Shown: piece after piece, positions 34,233-40,994 of the stretch
How the letters are laid out: every line of letters starts with the position of its first letter
How positions within the stretch are numbered: position 1 is the first letter of the stretch
Source: a virus
Taxonomy: Duplodnaviria > Caudoviricetes
Length of the DNA stretch: 40,994 nt
Strand: one strand, 5' to 3'
IMG/VR virus record: IMGVR_UViG_3300037515_000096
Span: 1 to 40,994 of that record
The notes under the pieces: generated by a model
The model's database searches: none
What the model saw: only the letters and a program-made list of their open reading frames with translations
What the model was told of the DNA's origin: nothing
Translations under genes and position numbers: made by a program

Positions 34233-35528
34233 TCATGCTCCTTCCGTGATTAGTTTGTGCCTTGGTTGCCAGCGGTACTTCCCTTGTACTTTCTGGCCTC
34301 GCGTATCCCAACCTGTCTTTCGGACTTGAGTAACCGCGTAGTACATAGCTGGCCGGATCAGTGTCGCCTGGTAGATCACCAAAAGTGGTGTGAGCAACAA
34401 CCAAGCAATCAGTCTGGACGGAATTGGAATACCAGGCCGCTGAAGGTAGAGCGCTGTCTGTGTGTAGAGCAGAGCCACCCAGTAGGGGATCATCTGCCAG
34501 TATGCAACTCCACCGGTTAGCGGAACTGCTACGAACACAAATCCTAGGATCAACGGATACAGAGCTAGCAGAGTCAGGTTCCAGCAGCGAAGCCAGAGCG
34601 ACCAACCCGTGAAGTTTCTCAGCTCCCAGGGCATGTACCTAATGTACCCCTTGAACCAACGAGTGCGCTGCCGGAATGTGCCCTTGTAAGTCTCGGGCAT
34701 CTCGAACTCGACTATAGCTTCATCAACAGCCACAACCTTGCCATGCTGGAGTGAGTAGTGACACAACCTACGGTCATCGCCGTATGTACCCTCGGTAAGG
34801 TAGTCCTCGGCGTTGTCCACCAAGATCTCTGTTAGGTAGATGGCGAGTGGACCAGAGGTAGGTGCTACAGCACCCACAGAGCTTCTGGCTCGCCGCATGA
34901 CCATGTTCCCGAGACTGATTTCTAGATCCTGTAGTCGAGTCCATATGGACTGCGTTCGGTTCCGAACTAGGCAGGTTCCAGTTGCGGCCTTGTTGTCAGG
35001 ATCGGACATCGCTCGTAGCAGTTGTTCAATACCGTCTGGATTGACAACTGAGTCTGAGTCAACAGTGACAACGAAGTCAGCCCACTCGGCAGCACCAGAT
35101 AGGCGTAAGCCCTCCATCTGTGCCCAACGCTTACCTCTGTTTTTCTGATGGAACCAGACAACCCCAGGAGCATCGAATGGAACCACAGGGTCTTCAGACC
35201 CGTCATCCATCACGACGATCAGATCGGGTGGATGAGTTTGGAGCACCAAGGATAGAACACAAGCGTGGAGGAGTTCTGTCTTCTCGTTGTAGGTAGGTAC
35301 GATTACGACGACCTTACCGGGCGCTACTGGAAGATGACTCCAGCTCGGGCGAGTAGCTGAGGCAGACAGCATCCAAATCAGCATGCCTGCCACCGCTACA
35401 TAGAACAGAACCGCGACATTCCAGGTAGCACCCCACTGCTCCCAGTGAAAGCTAGTGATCAGTGCAGCAGTTATGGCGACGACGGCCCAGGCGGCTGCCT
35501 TATCCCGTCTCACTATGGCGACCCCCAT
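34233..35528 (-). CDS. processive membrane GT2 (hyaluronan/chitin synthase-like); start ATG 35528 or GTG 35513
   Basis: PTYNE, MDDGS, NRGKR, VDSD, SGPL, GDDRRL, QRTRW; TMs at both ends. Confidence 0.92.
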   Translation of the reverse strand: MGVAIVRRDKAAAWAVVAITAALITSFHWEQWGATWNVAVLFYVAVAGMLIWMLSASATRPSWSHLPVAPGKVVVIVPTYNEKTELLHACVLSLVLQTHPPDLIVVMDDGSEDPVVPFDAPGVVWFHQKNRGKRWAQMEGLRLSGAAEWADFVVTVDSDSVVNPDGIEQLLRAMSDPDNKAATGTCLVRNRTQSIWTRLQDLEISLGNMVMRRARSSVGAVAPTSGPLAIYLTEILVDNAEDYLTEGTYGDDRRLCHYSLQHGKVVAVDEAIVEFEMPETYKGTFRQRTRWFKGYIRYMPWELRNFTGWSLWLRCWNLTLLALYPLILGFVFVAVPLTGGVAYWQMIPYWVALLYTQTALYLQRPGIPIPSRLIAWLLLTPLLVIYQATLIRPAMYYAVTQVRKTGWDTRGQKVQGKYRWQPRHKLITEGA

Positions 35529-35652
35529 AGCGAACGAGTAGCACACCGACCACCAGCAGCAGCAGTGCAATTCCGATGATCCAGGACAGACCGAACGAAA
35601 CGCCAGCTACTCCGACAGCCAGGCCAGTCTTCGGTAGTGCTCCTTCGTACAT
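35500..35652 (-). CDS. 50-aa LPxTG micro-protein (not in ORF track)
   Basis: GGGGAGGAAGG RBS; MYEGALPKTGLAVGVAGVSFGLSWIIGIALLLLVVGVLLVRYGGRHSETG; overlaps the GT2 start. Confidence 0.85.
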   Translation of the reverse strand: MYEGALPKTGLAVGVAGVSFGLSWIIGIALLLLVVGVLLVRYGGRHSETG

Positions 35653-35738
35653 AACCTTCCTCCCCCTTATTGGGATCTTGAACGACGACAGGACGCTAAC
35701 ACTTGGAAGACGCCATGGCTACTACTTGGGTTGACAGA

Positions 35739-35846
35739 CTACCTAGCGACTCCAAGAGCGATCAGGACGAACGCCAGCATGGCGATCACCACCAGGGCGA
35801 GTAACCCCACTCCCGCGACGATGCGGTCCGGCTGCTTCCTGATCAT
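35739..35846 (-). CDS. 35-aa single-TM peptide, probably leaderless
   Basis: MIRKQPDRIVAGVGLLALVVIAMLAFVLIALGVAR; TTGTGC-17-TACAGT lies 8 nt before ATG. Confidence 0.6.
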   Translation of the reverse strand: MIRKQPDRIVAGVGLLALVVIAMLAFVLIALGVAR

Positions 35847-35941
35847 GGTTGGCTACTGTACAGCAGTTCGCAGTACAGCACAACGATGCAGCTCAGCGAC
35901 ACTCCTACACACAGGTCGCAGCTTGCTCTAGGATTCCTCGT

Positions 35942-36157
35942 GTGCCAGGTGAGGATGATGAACCGACGCCGGATGCCCTGTGGGATCTGCCCACGGTCGC
36001 TGAGTACCTCGGTGTCCGGCCAGGGACCGTGCGGAGCTACCTAGCTCGTGGACAGATGCCATTACCCGACATGCGGTTCGGTAGGTCATCGGTCTGGAGG
36101 GCTAAGACGATCAAGGACTGGCACGAGGGACGACCGAGCCAACAGGGGGAAGACTGA
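35942..36157 (+). CDS. AlpA/excisionase-like HTH regulator, probably leaderless
   Basis: VAEYLGVRPGTVRSYLARGQMPLPD..GRSSVW...I..W; TAGGAT lies 7 nt before GTG 35942. Confidence 0.82.
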   Translation: MPGEDDEPTPDALWDLPTVAEYLGVRPGTVRSYLARGQMPLPDMRFGRSSVWRAKTIKDWHEGRPSQQGED

Positions 36158-36161
36158 TGGC

Positions 36162-36650
36162 TCATACGTCCGGTACAACGAAGGTCCGCTGTCGCTTGAC
36201 GTGGCGGTCCCACATGACGAGCGAGCCAGCCACCGCCACGTTCAAGCACATGTATCGCGGCGACTCGACTTGTATCAGCGAATGGCAGCGTTCGATCACG
36301 TCCGGAGGTAGTCCATAGTCCTCGGCTCCGAGCAGGTATGCGGCGCGCTCGGGGTGGACGTACTCCGCAAGGTTCCGTGCGGACGGGTCGATCTCGATCC
36401 CAACCAACATGCAGCTATGCGGTAGATGCTCCACTAGATCATCCATATCGGTGAAGTGCATCAGAGGGATGTGGTTCGCTGTCCGGATGGTGTCGCTGGC
36501 TTGACGCCTGTACCGCCGACCGATCGTGAAGATCAGTGAGGCTCCCATCACGAAAGCCGAGCGCCACAGGGTTCCAACGTTATCTTCGGTCTTCGGGTGG
36601 TAGACACCAACGGCGTAGTACCCACGGTCAGGTTGGGTCGGATTTCTCAC
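36162..36650 (-). CDS. SpoU/TrmH-family RNA 2'-O-methyltransferase
   Basis: NVGTLWRSA, LLGAEDYGL, CLNVAVAG SPOUT motifs; GTGA coupling at 36650. Confidence 0.92.
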   Translation of the reverse strand: MRNPTQPDRGYYAVGVYHPKTEDNVGTLWRSAFVMGASLIFTIGRRYRRQASDTIRTANHIPLMHFTDMDDLVEHLPHSCMLVGIEIDPSARNLAEYVHPERAAYLLGAEDYGLPPDVIERCHSLIQVESPRYMCLNVAVAGSLVMWDRHVKRQRTFVVPDV

Positions 36651-36985
36651 TCCCACAGTGCGATCACCACTCGACCTGTGACGGTCCAGCCGAGCATGAT
36701 GGTCCAGCGGTCCCACTCATCTCCACCGAGGACGATAGGGCTCAGCGTCTTCCAGCCGAACCAGTGCAGTTGTGGTCGGTAGAACCAGATCCGAGGCTTG
36801 CGCCACCAGTGCCTCTCTGTGATGTCTGGCTCAATACCCAGAGCCTCCTCGGCATCGCTCAGTGAATCACACAGAACGCACCCTGGGTTCCTGTTGATAT
36901 GGCAGTCCCCTGATTGCGCCGCACCTCGGTAGGCGTACTCCAGGATGATCCCCAACTGGTCTCTGTCGAGAAATGCGTCACTCAC
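36647..36985 (-). CDS. hypothetical protein, Trp-rich C-terminus
   Basis: Coupled overlaps at both ends; start uncertain (TTG 37036 possible). Confidence 0.6.
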   Translation of the reverse strand: MSDAFLDRDQLGIILEYAYRGAAQSGDCHINRNPGCVLCDSLSDAEEALGIEPDITERHWWRKPRIWFYRPQLHWFGWKTLSPIVLGGDEWDRWTIMLGWTVTGRVVIALWE

Positions 36986-37043
36986 AGCGCATTCCGATCG
37001 TAGATCGGTGCTTCCGGAAGACGTAGGCTTTGCCAAGTCTTCA

Positions 37044-37166
37044 TTAATCCACCCCTTCGTCAGGAATGATCCAGCGCTGATCAGAGTCAGCCTTGGACTT
37101 CCTTTCTCTCACGCGGGATACAACCAGCTTCCAGAGGACAAACAGAAGGACTCGGATTTTTCTCAT
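37044..37166 (-). CDS. 40-aa hypothetical protein
   Basis: MRKIRVLLFVLWKLVV...EGVD; ATGA overlap with upstream gene. Confidence 0.55.
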   Translation of the reverse strand: MRKIRVLLFVLWKLVVSRVRERKSKADSDQRWIIPDEGVD

Positions 37167-37546
37167 AACCAGCCCTTCGGTCGCACTACGTTTTCTGGGA
37201 CGTTGAAGAACAGCGATATGATCTCTTGCTCGTTGTATCCGGCCAGACCGGTACCGACCTTGGTGAGCAGGAACCAGAGGTGAGGGTTTTCCCTGGCCGT
37301 CATGACGAACCTGTTCCTAGCCAGCTCCAGCCGTTCCCACGGGAGTTGCTGAAGCTTCTCGTCCAGAGTAGGGAAGGCATAGCACATCCCCGTCAGACCC
37401 TCACCTACGCCGTACTGAGCACCGAACTGCTCCGCTGCCTGTTTGGCAGCACCGGCTCCATGCCTGCCCGCGAGGTTGGACCCGAACACGAAGATATCTG
37501 TTGGGTCCAGCTCGACAATGAATCCTTGCTCGTTGTACCTAACCAC
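37163..37546 (-). CDS. macro-domain-like phage protein (A1S_2505-type)
   Basis: IFVFGSNLAGRHGAGAA..FGA.YG.GEG..YAFPT, TKVGTGLAGY. Confidence 0.8.
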   Translation of the reverse strand: MVRYNEQGFIVELDPTDIFVFGSNLAGRHGAGAAKQAAEQFGAQYGVGEGLTGMCYAFPTLDEKLQQLPWERLELARNRFVMTARENPHLWFLLTKVGTGLAGYNEQEIISLFFNVPENVVRPKGWL

Positions 37547-37656
37547 TAGAGGAACACCGCCAGTCCGATAGCGAAACCAAGGAGGACGCCAGCTCCAAGA
37601 GTGAGAAGGAGCAGCACCGTAAATGCTTTCTCGAAGTTGTATCCACTAGGGTCCAT
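37546..37656 (-). CDS. 36-aa single-TM peptide
   Basis: GAGGA RBS; MDPSGYNFEKAFTVLLLLTLGAGVLLGFAIGLAVFL. Confidence 0.65.
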   Translation of the reverse strand: MDPSGYNFEKAFTVLLLLTLGAGVLLGFAIGLAVFL

Positions 37657-37668
37657 TAGTCCTCTAAT

Positions 37669-37986
37669 CTAGTCGTAGATCTTCTCGCCACACTTGCGGC
37701 AGGTCTTGGAACCGGCTGGGCTGTAGGTGTAGTTCCACTCGTCCGGATAGTCGTGCTCGCAGCCTTCCATGTCTTCAGGATTCCTCTCGACCACCCAGGC
37801 ACAGTCACCTTCTAGCGAGTAGGTGCAGTGGAAAACCCACCCTGGGTAATCATTGATCTCGACATCATCGTCGCCACGAGCGCTCTCGGTAGCTTGTTGG
37901 TAGGCGAACTTGACCGCTTCGCTCATATCGTTGAACAGATGGACTTCGACATCGGTGTGTCGATCTTCGATTACGACGATGAACAC
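37669..37986 (-). CDS. hypothetical protein with CxH...CxxC tail
   Basis: In operon; CEH and CRKCG. Confidence 0.7.
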   Translation of the reverse strand: MFIVVIEDRHTDVEVHLFNDMSEAVKFAYQQATESARGDDDVEINDYPGWVFHCTYSLEGDCAWVVERNPEDMEGCEHDYPDEWNYTYSPAGSKTCRKCGEKIYD

Positions 37987-38004
37987 CTATCTCACCCTCA
38001 CATG

Positions 38005-38919
38005 CTAGAAGTTTCCGTCTGCTACCTGGAGGCAGATCAGTCCGAGATTCCGCCAAGCTCGGACAACACGGTTCCGGTCGTCCAGGACCGCGACTACGTT
38101 GTACTGATGTCGGACGTACTTGTCGAACAGCTCGACTTTGATAACGGCATCGTTCCGCTGGTCACCTTCGGTACGCATGAACGGACCGTCGAAGGGACCG
38201 TCACCGATGTAGAGCTTCAACCAGCGCTCGGTGTCCTCACGGCAGGAGTCCGGTCGGCCAGACAGAAACACGATCCGATAGCCGACCGCTCGAAGACCAC
38301 GGACAATCGACACCACGTTCCAGTTCGGGGTGTCGTCAAGAACCTTGGAGTAGTCGTAGGGGCTCCTGTCGCCGTGGAGAGCCACGGTCCCGTCGATGTC
38401 CACCAGGATTGCTTTGTCCTGGCTTGTGTCAGGGACGTAGGGCTCTCCCCCGGTGTCCTGGTCTAGCTCCGGGACAGGAGGTAGCTGCCAACCTCCCTTG
38501 AGGTACCGGCTGGCGAAGCTCCGGATGACATCCTCTCCAACGCCCCGCTGGCCACGTGTGGCTCGCAGCAGATCCCGTTGGATAGCCTCATCGACCGGAA
38601 TCCCAAAGTCCTGGAACCGAACCTCAGCGCTGTGCCGGTGTGCGATCTCCATGTACTGCCGGACGTACTTCGAGCGGAGGTTGACGCTATCCACCACGAC
38701 CGACTTACCAGCCCGGAGCAAGGCTTCGATCATCGCGTGCTCGGCGGTAGTGACAGCCTCCTCTTGTGGATACAGGTACGTAGCCTGAGTGTGCAGAAGC
38801 AACCGGATGTCGTCTCGGTTCACCCGAGCCCGGTTGTCGAGATCCTCGATCACCCACTGTTTAGCGAAGGTGGTTTTCCCCGAAGCTGGGAGACCTCTGA
38901 GAATCAACAGTTCAGTCAT
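38005..38919 (-). CDS. pnk: polynucleotide 5'-kinase / 3'-phosphatase (T4 PseT-like)
   Basis: GLPASGKTT P-loop, NRDDIR; HAD DIDGT, LSGR, DDR; start at MTELLIL. Confidence 0.93.
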   Translation of the reverse strand: MTELLILRGLPASGKTTFAKQWVIEDLDNRARVNRDDIRLLLHTQATYLYPQEEAVTTAEHAMIEALLRAGKSVVVDSVNLRSKYVRQYMEIAHRHSAEVRFQDFGIPVDEAIQRDLLRATRGQRGVGEDVIRSFASRYLKGGWQLPPVPELDQDTGGEPYVPDTSQDKAILVDIDGTVALHGDRSPYDYSKVLDDTPNWNVVSIVRGLRAVGYRIVFLSGRPDSCREDTERWLKLYIGDGPFDGPFMRTEGDQRNDAVIKVELFDKYVRHQYNVVAVLDDRNRVVRAWRNLGLICLQVADGNF

Positions 38920-39118
38920 GGCAGGGGCACTCGCATTCATCTCCATATTGGTCGCTGCATTCCTCGTGCCAACCGATAGAGCACTGTCGGAACCTACGGT
39001 GGTCATAAGGAACACGATTAGTTCGGTCGGCTCCGGTGAGCCGGTCTGTATACTGATACCCTGTCTCGCCTTCTAGCTTCGGCGGCAACTCCGGATACCA
39101 ACGGCCCTTCTCAATCAT
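38912..39118 (-). CDS. hypothetical protein, C..H..C..CECPCH
   Basis: Coupled overlaps; zinc-binding motif. Confidence 0.7.
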   Translation of the reverse strand: MIEKGRWYPELPPKLEGETGYQYTDRLTGADRTNRVPYDHRRFRQCSIGWHEECSDQYGDECECPCHD

Positions 39119-39387
39119 GTTCCCTCTGGAATCTCTTCATCATCCGTCACCAAACGGATGGAGTGGATCTCGTTGGCTGGAGCAGACAGGATCAACTTCC
39201 ACTGACCATTGATCTCGCCATGTATCCTTACATGTGTCTCACGAGCGGGCTCGCCCGGTGAGCCGATCACTGAACCAAACATGTCCGGGTGAGGCAGCAG
39301 AACTTGATGAGCCTGAATCCGCTCGACGTGTCCGGATGTCCATTGGATCTCGTATGTGTCCAGTGGTCCATGGTCGTAGTCAGTCAC
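39115..39387 (-). CDS. hypothetical protein
   Basis: GTGA coupling at 39387. Confidence 0.7.
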   Translation of the reverse strand: MTDYDHGPLDTYEIQWTSGHVERIQAHQVLLPHPDMFGSVIGSPGEPARETHVRIHGEINGQWKLILSAPANEIHSIRLVTDDEEIPEGT

Positions 39388-39620
39388 CGAATCACCCAAG
39401 GCAGTTGCTTTCGATCGGTTCCACCTTTGATTTCCCAGAGCAGAACCCATTCACCGTTGTCCCACTCAAAGATTCTCCCGCCTCTGGCTCCCAGAAACCA
39501 TGGGCTTTGACCAACAGCGTTCTTGGCGTGTCCCAGGTTTGTGTGGAACTTCCATGCCGGTCGTCGGCCTGGAACGTGTGTCGCGTACTTGGGCTGTGGG
39601 ACATCAGGTACTTCAGTCAT
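39384..39620 (-). CDS. hypothetical protein
   Basis: GGAG RBS; overlaps both neighbours. Confidence 0.7.
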   Translation of the reverse strand: MTEVPDVPQPKYATHVPGRRPAWKFHTNLGHAKNAVGQSPWFLGARGGRIFEWDNGEWVLLWEIKGGTDRKQLPWVIR

Positions 39621-39963
39621 CTATTCTCTCCAAATACCGACCATGTTTGGTCCGGTACTTCCCTGGTGTAACTCCTACCTGAGAAGACATTGTGTCCCCT
39701 ACCTCACACTCCAGAAGTTCACCAAGGACTCTCTCCCTAAGTGGGTGCTTCATATTCCACCGACCGAACCTATCGACATTGACGATGTGCTCGGTCTCCG
39801 CATCAGACAGGATCAGCGAGACCGCATATGGCTGCGGGCACTCATCGTCGGTCTCTTCGTTGTAGTAAGTGCAGCGGATTTCTCCGGACCTGATACTCAA
39901 CTCCAAGGTTTCGCCGCACCCCATTGGACAAAATCCCTTGACTCTGACATCAACGCTCATCAT
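39613..39963 (-). CDS. hypothetical zinc-binding protein
   Basis: GGGAG RBS before ATG 39963; GFCPMGCG..C..CP, HPLRER. Confidence 0.75.
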   Translation of the reverse strand: MMSVDVRVKGFCPMGCGETLELSIRSGEIRCTYYNEETDDECPQPYAVSLILSDAETEHIVNVDRFGRWNMKHPLRERVLGELLECEVGDTMSSQVGVTPGKYRTKHGRYLERIDD

Positions 39964-40195
39964 TCTCCCTAACTGGCCAGTTGTAGTTCCAAGCCTGCTC
40001 ATCCGGTTCGTCAAACTCAGCGAGGCACCCGTTCAGATGAGACAGAGAGGATTTACTGGTGTCGATCCAATTCCTGGTCGGGTTGTTCTGTCCAGGTACT
40101 CGACCGCCTCGTAGGTGCATCGACTCAGTAAGGTCAGCGTTTCCGCCACACTCCGAGCATTCAGTCCACCAAGCGTGAATGATCTTACGAGCCAA
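39950..40195 (-). CDS. hypothetical protein with CxxC
   Basis: CSECGG..H; likely TTG start 40195 (ATG 40243 possible). Confidence 0.6.
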   Translation of the reverse strand: MARKIIHAWWTECSECGGNADLTESMHLRGGRVPGQNNPTRNWIDTSKSSLSHLNGCLAEFDEPDEQAWNYNWPVRENDER

Positions 40196-40340
40196 TGTGC
40201 TCTCGCCTGTATGCAGCTCTCCGCTCCGGAGGTGTGGTTGCATTCCGCACCTTGGCTTCGATCCGCTTCTGCTTCCGCCATGTCTTCATCGATTGGAGAT
40301 GTGGTGGTCGTTCGCGTCTTGGACCAGAGAACCTACTCAC
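40185..40340 (-). CDS. 51-aa basic protein (not in ORF track)
   Basis: MSRFSGPRRERPPHLQSMKTWRKQKRIEAKVRNATTPPERRAAYRREHIGS fills the gap with overlaps. Confidence 0.6.
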   Translation of the reverse strand: MSRFSGPRRERPPHLQSMKTWRKQKRIEAKVRNATTPPERRAAYRREHIGS

Positions 40341-40554
40341 TCTTGATCCCGCTCCCGATTGGCACCAGGAGGCTGATCAGCATGACCACAAGGAATGAAG
40401 CCTCCCAGCCCAGCGCTGGAACCCAGTCGATATGAGAGTGGGCTCCTCCGAACACAACCATCGTCGGCCAGAACAGAATAGTCGCCCGAACCACAGCCCC
40501 GGCCAGAGCCAGTATCGGTGATGCGAGCAACAGCAGGATTAGCGCGGCTACCAT
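40333..40554 (-). CDS. small membrane protein
   Basis: Hydrophobic 73 aa; GAGGAG RBS, TGATG coupling. Confidence 0.72.
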   Translation of the reverse strand: MVAALILLLLASPILALAGAVVRATILFWPTMVVFGGAHSHIDWVPALGWEASFLVVMLISLLVPIGSGIKSE

Positions 40555-40931
40555 CAGAGTTGCTCCTCAATGATTTTGGCTATCCGGGAGAAAGGAACAC
40601 CGCCATCGTTGGCTCCAGCGAGCGAACGTCTGGTCACGTCCTCGGGGTGGTCGTAGTACAGGATGTTCGGGTTGTCGGCTTCCAGTTCTGCCCATTCCAT
40701 CACGAATGAAGGAAGGTAGTTAAGAGACCGCCTGCTCCCATCTGAGGAGACAGCTACCCAACCACCGGTAGGATGCTCTTCCCACTTAGCTATCCCGGCT
40801 TTGGAGGCCAGATCGCAGAGCACGCCCAGGCAGCAGTACTCGTTGTTCTTCGTCTTGAGCTGGCCTGTCCCTTGGTCGTATTCACCGGATCGAAGTGCCT
40901 CAATCCACTTCTGCTTGATGTCATCTTTCAT
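40554..40931 (-). CDS. conserved phage hypothetical protein
   Basis: KWIEALRSGEYDQG..L....YCCLGVLC ... ND.G..F..IA..I. Confidence 0.85.
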   Translation of the reverse strand: MKDDIKQKWIEALRSGEYDQGTGQLKTKNNEYCCLGVLCDLASKAGIAKWEEHPTGGWVAVSSDGSRRSLNYLPSFVMEWAELEADNPNILYYDHPEDVTRRSLAGANDGGVPFSRIAKIIEEQL

Positions 40932-40934
40932 GAG

Positions 40935-40994
40935 CTACAGGTGCTCCTTGATTCGATCCGCGATCTTGGTGAAGGGAACTCCGTCGTCGTTCAA
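40935..40994 (-). CDS. C-terminal end of a paralog of 40554-40931 (truncated by window)
   Basis: LNDDGVPFTKIADRIKEHL* versus ANDGGVPFSRIAKIIEEQL*. Confidence 0.75.
   Translation of the reverse strand: MNDDGVPFTKIADRIKEHL

Noticed and set aside
35529-35570. MHCCCWW N-terminal extension of the GT2 in the ORF track
   Set aside because: It is an alternative-frame reading of the LPKTG peptide's TM codons; no RBS.
37828-38466. 212-aa + strand ORF
   Set aside because: Antisense to PNKP; no independent evidence.

Overview
About 41 kb of a tailed (siphovirus-type) actinobacterial phage, cut inside genes at the right edge. The + strand (1-31.3 kb) carries small genes, a structured non-coding region with tRNA-Met(CAT) and tRNA-Asn(GTT), and a protease / Stealth-like transferase / methyltransferase / GT32 cassette. 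It continues with terminase, HNH, portal, HK97-type protease and capsid, tail tube and adaptors, an amidase plus transglycosylase pair, a -1 frameshifted tail chaperone, and a tape measure ending in an M23 domain. After that come minor tail proteins (one LamG-inserted, one fused to a complete PhoD domain), a holin and a fibre/spike block with two Gly/Ser 20-aa-repeat proteins. The - strand arm (31.4-41 kb) carries Lsr2, tRNA-Lys(TTT), GntR, envelope proteins, a TrmH methylase, a PNKP and many small ORFs. Top candidates for new biology: (1) a 50-aa MYEGA-LPKTG sortase-type micro-protein, missing from the ORF track, overlapping a processive GT2 synthase and followed by a wall-anchored nuclease; (2) the PhoD-tail fusion; (3) the glyco-modification cassette before the terminase; (4) a 25-bp motif present twice and several long non-coding hairpins. 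All family calls come from motif recognition by eye; no database search was run.
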